This document shows, piece by piece, positions 12,901 to 24,477 of a stretch of DNA of 64,000 bases. The DNA comes from Iphione sp. A-MEVVRFRX5 (Eukaryota). The stretch covers positions 98,580,001-98,644,000 of the forward strand of contig OZ320314.1 of NCBI GenBank assembly GCA_976226885.1, given 5' to 3'. Each line of letters begins with the position of its first letter. Position 1 is the stretch's first letter. Made by a program: the position numbers and the translations under genes. The notes below the pieces were generated by a model. That model saw nothing but the letters and a program-made list of their open reading frames with translations. It was not told the origin of the DNA and did not search any database.

Positions 12901-15686
12901 GGGACATTATAACCGTTTATTGTAAGGCTGTTCCTGATATCAAAGGAACCTCCTTTTTATTTCCTTGTGATTTTCCACCATACTTCCATTGCATTAGTGG
13001 TGCCTTGTATAACAGCAGTACTTGGAATAGAATTATGATATGCACGGTAAAAATGATACGTGCAAAAGGTCAGTTATCTCCTATCAGTCCTGGACCAAAC
13101 ACAGGTGGTCAAACACTATCTAAGGCCGGTAAGATTGTGTGAAACCTGATCAATCCTTCATCCCCGCTTCACTTCGTAGGTGCGTTTCTTCAGTTGACTT
13201 TTCATTCTATGCATATACCTTTCAAATGTATTTACTTATTGTACTACATGTGCATTTAAAAGTACGTGTATATGTGGTTTCAAAGAAATTATCTCTACAA
13301 CGTGACTTTGGTGACAACGTGGGTTTTTCGTTTTGTAATTGAATCGAAAAGTATCATATTAAGTGTTTTATTTATTCAAAACATTAAAAAAATAGTGTTT
13401 GTGTATGTTATTTTATTCACAACACTTTCCAATTTCAAGTATATCATTAACTGGCGAAGTAGTTGTAAGTACATTGTATACATGTATTTGCTTATTTATT
13501 AGCTCTAGGTACCTAAACATGTAGGGAATTTTTCTATCGCCAAAACATCGCGCTCTACTCTATAAATAATATGATAAGCATCCTCATACCTCCCTTTTGT
13601 CCCGGACAACGCTCGGTTCATTACAGTTAACATCATTAGCCAGATGTGTACGAACGATGAAATCTCCTGTGGTATAATAATCCTGCTCTTCGAGTGGATG
13701 GTACCAAGCACCGGAGTGTTAAGCCGTGGTAGAGAGTGTTGACAAAGGAGAGATGACAATGGGAGTGCTATTGTCATACGAAAAGCGCCACCCTCGGAAG
13801 TGAAGTGCACTACCACATATACAGTTACTCCTACTGTGACTCTGTGGAGTGACATCCACCCTAACTGTCGGCACGATTACTCGTTAACTTACCTGTATGC
13901 TTTTGATCACCGATTACATTTATCCGAAATTTAAATCTGGACATGTCTCTCGATGATTTAACAGCGGATTCTGCTCTCATAGATATTTTAAACGCGAACA
14001 ATTACACTCTTTTCTGATTTCTTATGCTACTTCTAATTTTAGCCAGTAAGCCCTAAATATACAGATACATAAAAATGTCCAGATACAGGCGCCAAATCAG
14101 AGGGAAATAGACAAATCTAGACGGCTATAGTTGTACCTTAAAAACGTTCAAACTTCGGGTTATGTCAACTTTATGTTTAAAATCTTTTTATCAAAGAAAA
14201 CATGCCGTGTTACTTGAACTAGCCCAGCTTTTCGGGTCACGTCTACCATAATGAGCTCTCAAACGGGAGCATGTTTATACATGCATACCAATTGTTGGTA
14301 TATCTTAACGGATGAGATACTTCGGGAGAATCACAAGACCGCCTAGTGTGTGGGAGGATACACTGAGGACGGGGCTGGTGGAACGTATTACGATAACGAT
14401 GATGAGGACGTTAATTTGTTGGGTAAATCGGAAATGTAGACGTAGGCAACTTTGAAATGCTATATATTAAAGAATAGGTTGTGAATATGTGGGGCGGCAT
14501 AAGACATCGCTCCAGACGCTTTGCGGTGCCCCGTAGAGACACCTGTCGCTGAATGTCCACTTCAGCCTTTTAGGAAATGACCACTTCAGCCTGCATTTTA
14601 AATAAAAAAGAAACTCAACTCGATGACCAGCAAGGTCGACCTCATGTCAAAGTTCGCAGCCCTGCCCAGCTTGACCAGTGGCTCAAGAGCTTATAATCTC
14701 AGATTAGACGATGACCACCGCGATGGACAATGACATAGCATTGTCTTCTATGATGTTACAGGAACATGTCATGAAACAGTTCACTAGCGCCGCCAAGTGG
14801 GTTGGTTGTCTGAAGCAAGTGGCGCTTAGTGCCGTTCCTTGATGTGGGCCCACACACCTGCTTCTTTGGCACAGAGAAAGACGAAGTTTGATGAATGTTT
14901 CATGTGGGAGAATAGCGGAGGCAAGATGCAACATATCGGCAGTTAATTCCTTAAGATTTCAGCGTAAAATGATGGAGGATTGATATCACATGGGACACCG
15001 CGTTCTTCATTTATACTACTTATTTACTGTACATAAATTTTCATAATTATGGTCGTTTCTAAATCATAACTGATAACATTCAATAGGGTGAAAGATCTAG
15101 TTTGATTTGATTTTTTAGCAACATTACCAACATAAATGACTTTTTTCAAATGGGCCTTGTAAGGTATTTTTATTAAAGCAATATGCCTTTAATGAGAAAG
15201 TACCAGATTTTTCAATTTTTTGAATACTATTCTTGGAAACCTACTCATCACGGTAGGTAATACATGTACATATAATACATGTAATGCATGTATGATCAAA
15301 CCACCGGGGCATCAAGTCCTTGGAATGTATGAGAGATAGAGGGAGTGCTTCCTTATGTATGTGATGCCATGCTGCTATGGTTTACACTATGTTGCCATGT
15401 TGTTTTTTTTCATTTAGACATATCCCTTTTGTTTTTGTCTGTGTAGTCAGGTTTGTCATCATACATGACTGCTGGAAACCTTCCTCCACATGTTCGTCTT
15501 GATACCCTCCATGTTTGTACATGACGGAGTGACAGGCACCACTCTTTTTTACCACTCGTTTATATCATGATAACATGGCATCGCCAAATGCCCTTGTATT
15601 ACTTAAATGTATATACAGAGGTCGGTCTCATACTGTCTTATACCGTTTCATACAATTTCATACAATTTTCATACATCTTATACATA

Positions 15687-15762
15687 CAGTAGAACCTCAC
15701 TATAGCGGACATCTTTGGGACTGGGGTCAAATCATCCGTAGTAGGAGTGTCCGCTTTATCTG
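15687..15762. mobile_element. Left end of a pogo/Tigger-like MITE (truncated)
   Basis: TA|CAGTAGAACCTCACTATAGCGGACATCTTTGGGAC resembles the 177-bp MITE terminus (CAGTGGAGTCTC...CCTTGGGAC). Confidence 0.6.
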
Positions 15763-16136
15763 AACCAGCCCTTCTCCAACTCACTCACCAAACTTCAGAT
15801 CGGCCAAGGGCGGGCCAGACTACGGGCGCGGTAGAGGTAGCTTCTGGTACAGGGACCAGTCAGAGATACCACTCTAAGATTCCGGATGAATCATTGTAGA
15901 GACTTGAAATTCGGAATGTACGTAGACACAGGTATCTCAAAAGTGTATTGTGAATTTCAGCCTGATCAGCTTCGGGCGGAACAAACTACGGGCGCTGTAG
16001 TGATAGTGGTTTGAAGGGTGTGAGAACAACCCAAACCAGCAGGTTTACAGCACTAATCGGCGGGTTTGCATTACTAATTGATGAGTTCATACTGCTGGGG
16101 GTGTCAGCATGACCACTCCTCCATTACAAACATTAA

Positions 16137-16551
16137 GGCCCAGTTTCCATACCTGTGGCCAAGTGTGGTGAAGTGCGGGAGACATCAGTGTGCATTTCCA
16201 GTGCATTTGTAGGTGTTGTACTTTTACCGCCCAGTGGCGCACAGGGGTGCCCCTCAATGTGCGTGTGTTGTTGTGCATGAATGATAGGAAAAAATGATGA
16301 AAACAGACAAAAGTGATGCTAAAAGCCATGAAAATGGCAAAAATGATGGGAAAAAGTGCGGAAAAGGACAGGCATGTGCAGAACTGTGTGGATATGTGCA
16401 GTAATCACATCCTAAAGTGAAGAATTGTGAAGAAATACCAGTGCGTTGCCATGCATTGCCATGCATTTGTGACAAATTTAGGTCCTGGTCCAAAAATGGG
16501 CACTACATGGCAACACACATGGATGGCTGCCACAGGTATGGAAACCATCCC
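16137..16551. mobile_element. Non-autonomous TIR element, possibly PIF/Harbinger-like
   Basis: Perfect 17-bp inverted repeat GTTTCCATACCTGTGGC (16143-16159) / GCCACAGGTATGGAAAC (16529-16545). Left end is TAA|GGCC; the right outer end is degenerate. The superfamily call is inference. Confidence 0.5.
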
Positions 16552-16699
16552 ACTGTTTGCCTATATACCAATGATAATGCACAGCTATGTATATAACTGC
16601 TGACGGACATTGCCGCATGTAAGGAAACCGGGCCCAAAAAGGTTCTTCATTTTCTACAGTGTGGGCAGAGGTATGAGAGCGAACACTCAGATATAATCC

Positions 16700-16934
16700 T
16701 TCAGGGGATGATACCCTTCAAAGGAGGGAGAATTCATCTCCTCCAGCGTATCTGTCCACTGTAAACACATTAAAAATCAATGTTTGAGATACTTATGGGT
16801 GTCCAGAAGTGAGTGTCCGCTGTAGATGAGTGTCCACAGTGGCCAGGAAATGGTTATTTTTGGTACTGGATTAAATGCGCCTGTGGTCAGGGTTGTCCAG
16901 AGTGGCTGGACATCCGTAGACTGAGGTTCCACTG
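16700..16934. mobile_element. Right end of a pogo/Tigger-like element
   Basis: Ends CATCCGTAGACTGAGGTTCCACTG|TA. A homologous diverged copy lies at about 54330-54585. Confidence 0.65.
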
Positions 16935-17546
16935 TATATCCAACACGAATGACTATAGTGCAGCTAACTTCCCAGAAGAATGTGATTCTAATTGGTCTGG
17001 TGAGTGAGAATCCCAATCTATAGGACATGTTCAGGAAAGATTACAAGGATATCATAAAGGTGAACAACATCTGGAAATCCATAGTCAAGCAGATTGGCAG
17101 GCCTGGAGTTGATGGCACGTAAATATTTTACAAACCTAATTGAATATGAAACTGAGCCTATGATGTATGTATGAAAACTGCATGAAACAAATCTTTTCAA
17201 TAAGAAATTCATACACGTTTCACACAGATTTCATTATGAATTTTGTGATACCAAAACGTAAGTGACGTGTACCAGGGGAAGTGTCAGATATCAAGTCAAA
17301 GAATTTTTCCCACCAAATGTGGGAGACCGGATGACAAACATGGCCATGGCAACATTCATACATGGAAATTTAGCCTGAAGGCTGGTTTTCATACTTGCAT
17401 TTCCAAGGAGGAATACATTCACTTTGCATGGAAGTTTGCAATGGTCAATGCTTTTCCGCCAGACAGCAATGCACGGGGATGTCCCACAGTTGCACGAATA
17501 CATAGGTATTTTGGTGTGTACGACAGGAGACAAGCTATAGAGTGAT

Positions 17547-17584
17547 TGTGTGTGTATGTGTGTATGTATGTATGCATGTATGTA
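17547..17584 (+). repeat. Compound (TG)n/(TATG)n microsatellite
   Basis: Directly visible. Confidence 0.85.
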
Positions 17585-18301
17585 CATCTCTAGGATAACT
17601 TCCAATGTCCCTGTGTTTTGATGAATTAAACACATGTAGCGTTAGTATCACTTTCAGTAACATTCCGAACATTTTCATGAATTAAACACATCATTAGTAT
17701 AATCTCTATTCAAAGTCCCCGCATTTTGATGGAATGCCGTTGTATATACATAATGTGCATACAGAGTTAAATCAGTGACGTACAATTGTATGAATGTTTG
17801 TTTGTTTGAAATTGTTTATTGAGTAACTTATATCACATAACATTATGTGGACTTTCAATCAAGTACTCAGCCATTACGATGTTTTTATTTCTTATTGGCT
17901 GACTTCTTGTAATATATATTCTTTAAGTAGTTCTTTATTGTAGATCTTGGCTTCATAGAGACAGTTCACGGGAGGTCGTTCCAGTGTAGCTGAATCTGGT
18001 AGATAAAGCTATTTTGGTAGTTCATTGTATTGGGCTTGTGGATCAGTATTTGATTTCCTGCTCCTAATCTGGTAGTCGTACGAGCCTTTTTTTGACAGAA
18101 TCCTAATTGGAACAGATATGTAATTAATAAAGAGGACAGATAGTACATCCTATCATGAATCAAGTTAATGCCTCTAGACCTAAACCATTTTTCCACCTCA
18201 TCATTTTTAGCACAATTATTCAGGATACATCTTCTTACTGATTTATACCATGCTACCCGTAATTTTTCCTTATCCGCCGTTCTTGATGATAAAAGATAGT
18301 A

Positions 18302-18478
18302 CAGTGGAGTCTCTATTTACGACCACCCCTTGGGACCAAGCTGAAATGGTTGTATTGGCAAATTTGGTCGTAAATAGAGTATCAAATGTTGAGGAATCAG
18401 CATTATGGGACCCATCTGAAGTGGTCTGAAATAGAGAATGGTCGCAAAGTGATATGGTCGTAAATAGAGACTCCACTG
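18302..18478. mobile_element. 177-bp MITE, Tc1/mariner-pogo type, copy 1
   Basis: Perfect 24-bp TIR CAGTGGAGTCTCTATTTACGACCA / TGGTCGTAAATAGAGACTCCACTG, TA on both sides (18300-01, 18479-80). Confidence 0.95.
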
Positions 18479-18577
18479 TACATACCACAATCTAAGTACG
18501 GCAGTATGAAGGCGACGAAGAATTTTTCCATCAGTACTGTAGTCATAATTAACAGACCTGCAACGACCAAGCAAATA

Positions 18578-18754
18578 CAGTGGAGTCTCTATTTACGACC
18601 ACCCCTTGGGACCAAGCTGAAATGGTCGTATTGGCAAATTTGGTCGTAAATAGAGTATCAAATTTTGAGGAATCAGCATTATGGGACCCATCTGAAGTGG
18701 TCTGAAATAGAGAATGGTCGCAAAGTGATATGGTCGTAAATAGAGACTCCACTG
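18578..18754. mobile_element. 177-bp MITE, copy 2
   Basis: Same TIRs, own TA flanks (18576-77, 18755-56). Two substitutions versus copy 1 by eye. Confidence 0.95.
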
Positions 18755-21700
18755 TAGCTTGCCCTATATATCCGCTGTATATTTTGCCTTATCATCGGAC
18801 CGAATGGCAATCTGTCATCTAATGTATATCCCCAAAACTTAAAATGTGATGTTTTTTCAAGAGGGACACCATTTAACGCGAGGTCAAGTCTGAACAATCG
18901 AGATTTACCAAAGTTCATATATTTTGTTTTATCTCCATTGACCCTGAGTCCATTTTCCTTACACCAAATGCCTATCTTGCGAAGAGTATACATGTATTGT
19001 AGTTTTTGATTACGTGCCCACAAGCTCGTCCCGCTCCCTAGAACTGTTATGTCATCTGCATATAATATTAAGTCGCAAGGGGACTGAATATCAAAAATAT
19101 CATTTAAAGCTATAATAAACATTAACAATAAACATTGTTTCCATCTCAGTCCATGTATACCTGAGTGATTAAATCTTTTCTGGAAATTTCCTTTCAATAT
19201 CAAATCACATGATATGACCTCGCCTATTCGGATCCTCCGTGTAGGCCTATGACCGGATCAATTCTGATCATTCAAATAATTTTTTCCCTACTTTCCTCTA
19301 TATGGTCAGCCCGTGCTAATCAATCAGTCAGTACATGGATATTTGCCATATCTGAGTGCTTCTTGAAGGAGCAATTCGCGTTTTACTCAAACATTTCACT
19401 CGATCATATCCGCAAAAGAGATCTTAACTGAACAATTTTACCACAAACGCACTTAGTTTAGCTAGCGCCGGCTGACTGAACATACATGTCCTATCTTGAT
19501 TATTGTTTAATTGTTCAGACTAAATTCGCTATATGAAAAGGCAAGTGGAAAATTAATATCGATTCTGTATTTATACATGTATATTAAAGCGCTGTGCTTG
19601 GAGACCCGGTAAAACTTCGGCTACAATGAAAATAACAGTTGCCGAATTACCTACATAATCTGGATCTTAATATTAATCCGTGAGACGGCCAAGCCTCTGT
19701 TTTGTGAACTTGTGGGTTTTGTGTTTCGGTTTATGTGTGAATCTTTACTAACATGATACAAAAGAATCATGTGTCTATATATGTGGGTATGTAGGTTAGT
19801 GTGTATGTACGTACATACATGTATATAAAAGGGTGTAGGTTGCTTGCCTATGTGTGCGTTTGCATGTGTAAGCGTATGTGTGTACCAGTGTCAAATGATG
19901 TGTTGTCGGTGGTGGCCATGGAAGCGCTGGCTGTGAGAGAAGGTGGGCTGCTGTTGAGAAAGGGGAGGGGGAGGGGGCTAAACAGAGAAGAGGGGTTGTA
20001 GAAGAGGGTCTGTGGGGGATGGAGTGTTATAAGGCGTGAGGACGCCCACATCGAGCATCTAACCGCCGCCCGCCTCTAATGTGTTTGACCGAGCTCAATG
20101 ATCATCGTCCAACCCCCACTGCCACCACCACAACACGCCCGTCTCCCTTAACTCTGCTGTGCGCGATCAACGACACCGTTTCCTTGCCTAATCTTACACT
20201 TTGGCGAGCCGGGGAAGTGGAAAAAAATCCACCGCCACCACCACCAGCAGTAGTGGCGTCGTCAGGCAATTTCTCCGGCAAAATTACACGATGAACGGGG
20301 AATCGGTCTGACCAAAAAGTCGATGAATATAATTGGCGGGGAAAACGCGGGGACAAACAGTGGTTTAATTAAATCAAACAATACTTCACACATGTCCTGT
20401 TTCCCTCGGCTAATGTGCACAATGGGGGCCCGACGGCTACGGCGCCTGGTCGCCCGCACTGATTGTGTGAACAGGAACGAGTAGGATCGATCAAGCGGGG
20501 TGATAAGGAAATGGTGCGGAATCAAATGAGCTCAAGTGATGATGTCCATTGAGAAGGAAAAACCACAAGTTGTTCCTGTCTATAATACGTGGAGAGATGG
20601 ATAGTGGGGTGAGTTTGCGGTGGATGAGTGGGTGGGTGAGTGGGTGGGTGGATGGGTGGGGGGAGTGTTGAACGGGGAGGGAGTGGTTGGCGCTCTGTTT
20701 GTGGCTTTGAAGGTAAACTGAGGCAGAAGAGCAACACAATTAAACTCACCAGCCATTCCTTCATAAGAACGAGCTTTGTTAAGAATTAATCCCCGGTGTG
20801 GCTTGAGTGTGTTTCTTATTTTTTTAAGCCTGAAATATACTCGCCCTTTTGTCTTCAGTCCATTTCACTGGTATTTTAACACTACAGAGCAAACTGTAAA
20901 TAAGATGAGTGAGCGGCTTTTGCGTCTATGTACATGTATTTGAATTCTTCTCTCTCCTGTTCTTCGCCATTAAACTCAATGACTGATTCACTCGGCGGTT
21001 GTAGTGGAGAACTTAAATACATGTATTTAATTCTGAGCAGATGATATTTAAAACGCTCAGACAAAAATTTGCGACACCTTTAGTGGCCGAATACATGTAT
21101 TTTGAATAGTTATATTTTCATTTCATTAAGGAATTATTTAAAAGGTCAATACAGAGCCATGTATGTCGAGACTATAATCAAACACAGACCGGACTGGAAG
21201 TGTTTTGAATGCAAACCAAGCTTGACAATTTAGGAATTGATATATGTACGTGTATTCTAGGGACATGCATTTATTTCTATAATAGTTAAGTCATGAAGAG
21301 ACTTCCACTTGGCGTGTATCTTACATTAGGGCAATTCTTGCTTATATTCTAACGCCATTCCTCGTATAAAATTATCAAATTTTCCATAGATCACCATCGT
21401 AGATCCGCTTCATTATAACACTTATAACCTCTTAGGACTTTCGTCGCCAGGAAACTTCGCCGTCTACTTTTCTATTTACCCATTGTCCAACTATTCGCCC
21501 TTTACTCTACAATATCGTCTGTCATTTCAAACTAATATATTCAGAGGCAGCCTTGGGTTTAGCCAGCACATGTTCAGCATGTGGCCTGCACCTAGCATGT
21601 TCCCACACGTCACCCCCTCCCACCTTCGTCAACCAACCTCCTCCTGTTCCCTGGAACCCTTCGGTGTTTCAGTTGGTTCCCACCCCAACCAGTGAACCCC

Positions 21701-24477
21701 TCTCCCCCAACCAGGTAGCAGCCCTCAGGGTCGGTCCTTTGAACCCTGTTTGATCCCGTCTCAGAGGTGGGTGGCAAACAAACAGGTAAACAAGAATGAC
21801 AATATATTGATCACTGAAGGTGTCTCGCAAACGGAGACAGGTGTAGAAAATGGACCAGAACATCTGTAGGTGCCATGTTTTGGAGCAGGAGAATTGTACA
21901 AATATGGACCCACGCTGCTACTCAATGAACTGAAATTGAAAGAAAAAATATACTTACGAACCTCTTTGAATAAGGCAAAATGTGGCTGAGCTTTCCATTA
22001 AAAGAGCCTACTACACAGATGACTACCGACACCAAAAGACAGTGGTTTGTCTTTTGAAATTTAAAATCCCGTGTGACGTGGCTGTCAGAATTAAGGGCGT
22101 CATTATGAAAAGTGGACGTTCTTTTCAAACAAAGAGAAAATTGATTAAAATTTCTCGAGATGAGTTCAAGGGAAATCTGTTTTGCAGTTGGATTAACTCT
22201 GTGCCTTCTGTGAGTTCAAGATGAAATTTCCCGGTTTAAAGATAACCCAAGAGAGCAAGGAAAATGCTTTTGATTTAGAATTGTGTCATCCAAAAACACT
22301 TTGACACCTAGCAAAAAAACATAGCATTCTTGACACGATATTCGATCGGACAAACATCTCTTTAAACACATGTACACATGTGCAGAAACAAATGAAATGG
22401 GAAAAGATTAAGTCAGTTTGCTAACAGCATAGGACACGTTAGTTCGTACTGGGGGTGTATACAGCAATGCGGGACAATTGTACTTCCAACAATTCGCGGC
22501 TTATCCTCCCATTCTACTCGACACTTGCTCGGTTAGTTCTCACGGAGGCCGGCAGGTGGTCGTTCATCCAAGAGAGGCTTTTCCTAACCTAAGCGCATTG
22601 CTTGGAAGGGGTCATAGCGCACGGCTACGGGCAACCTTAGCCCCTGGTTGGGCGCGTCCCCTCCTCGACTTCAGCGTGGTCGGTTTCCAAAGCTGTTGCT
22701 TTCATTGATATACAGTACCCATCTCCTATGCTACGTCCAAAGTGCGGTCCATATACATTTATGTATATGGCTTGTGTGTAGATCGATTGTGAAGTACACT
22801 TTGAAATAGCATTTATTATTGGGTATACGTGTATTGCTGCGTTGGTAAAGCTATTGACACCAGACATTCAGAGGTCAAAAATGTTACTAAACATGCAGTT
22901 GTCTCTCTGGTGTCCTTCTGTGTGGAAAACCTCATTCACATTACCTCCAAATAGAGTCGACACCAGTTCCCAAGGTATTTTCTACAACTTCTGACAATTG
23001 TTCTTTGATCTATGGTGGATTAAATGACCACTTGTCGGTTGTGCGCAGCCGGTAAACAGTACGCAATACAGGCTGCACTTCTCCGACCTTCCGCAACTCA
23101 CCTTTTGTCTCAAGCGGCCGAGTGCTAGTGGCCCAATCCAGAATAAGTCCACTGGTACAACAGGTCGTGCCGGGCGAGAAGCTTTCCACGGGCGTACCTT
23201 TTGTTTCCCGCACGGAAAACAATAGGCAATTATGCCCCAAAAGAGCTCTCCGGGGTGGAAACAATAGAAACTCTTAGACACTTGGAGGTCGAAGCTCATT
23301 TCGCAGCAAACTGTATGAACGGGCGGGCGAAAAGAAATCTGGATTGTATTTGATGGAACGATTAAGTCCCCGGGGTCTTACAGGGTGTGGGGTCGCTCAT
23401 GTTGGGATACCCGTAGAGCGCTTTTTGTTTTCAGGAAGCAGCCGACTTTTCGCTCGCGCAAGATTGAAAGTGACGTCACATTTTCTTTGCGCGCGGAAAA
23501 CAATAGCCTTGCGGGATGGGGTCTGGTTAGCGTGGTTCGACTTGTGTTGTTTACCCTTATTTTGGTCAGTTTGGATTGGGATTATAAAGGCTTTTGCAGC
23601 CATGTTGGGACGGGCACATTTCAAAGGTCATTTCCAAGTTGACCTTTTCCATACTGTCACTTCACGCATGCTTACGCGTCGTAGTAAATAGCCAATAAAA
23701 ATGTACAACAATCCTTATAGTAACAAAACACTGTTTTTTTCTTTATCGAGCCTAAATGATTCCATACATGCCTAACGAACATAGCAAATCGAAATGAACT
23801 CTTTTCCCACTTCGTCCACGCCATTACGGTCTAAACGAATTGCAAAATGACAGACTGTAAAAGCACACTGACAACTACACGATACTATTTCCATGTGTGT
23901 ATGGTATGCTCTTTAGACGTAATGTTTTATCGTATAAATGGTCAGCAAAAAGAGACAGTAAAATTTAGCTTTTTTAAAACGTACTGGAAGTTCCTTGAGA
24001 TTCGCTGACCAAGTGGAGAGCACCCCTGACAATAAGCTCGGATACTAACGGCATAAGTCACACTCTTGGCTAATCCTGCTTAAAGAGTAATTAACCTCAT
24101 TTGCATAAGGTTCATTAGCATACCGAATGGACTGCCCCTTCCTGTCACTGCCAATTGAGGCAAGACGGGGCGCTGTGGTTAAAACAATCAGACTTGTTTT
24201 CATATTGGGTTTGCACCTTGCTTGGCCATCTTTGGTTTGGTCACCGCGTTGGGTAGACATGGTTAATTCTTAAGAGAACAGTGAGACTTCTCTTTTGGCT
24301 TTTCACATTGGAAGGTCTCTGCCTCAAACATGCACGACAATATATGACAGTACCACATTGTGGACATCAGTGACTTTATTTTTTGCGTCCTGGGCTCGCT
24401 GCACAGGTTATATTTTTTTAATTGTTCTATGTTCAATGTGTTGTCAGCCTTCTAAATGAAACTGTACATGTTGACAG

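Larger units (their letters stand above)
17795..19430 (-). mobile_element. Decayed CR1/L2-group LINE (RT to 3' tail), interrupted by two MITEs
   Basis: ALNDIF..LILYADDITV..WCKENGLRVNGDKTKYM..FKFWGYTLDDRL (18757-19203), FILPYLDCG between the MITEs, NSFIYQIQLHWNDLP* (about 17966). On the - strand AATAAA is followed by a (CAAA)n tail near 17795-17822. Confidence 0.9.

Noticed and set aside
18302-18754. Repeat-spacer-repeat pattern as CRISPR-like
   Set aside because: The units are 177-bp TIR elements with TA duplications in an animal genome, the spacer is LINE sequence, and there are no cas genes.
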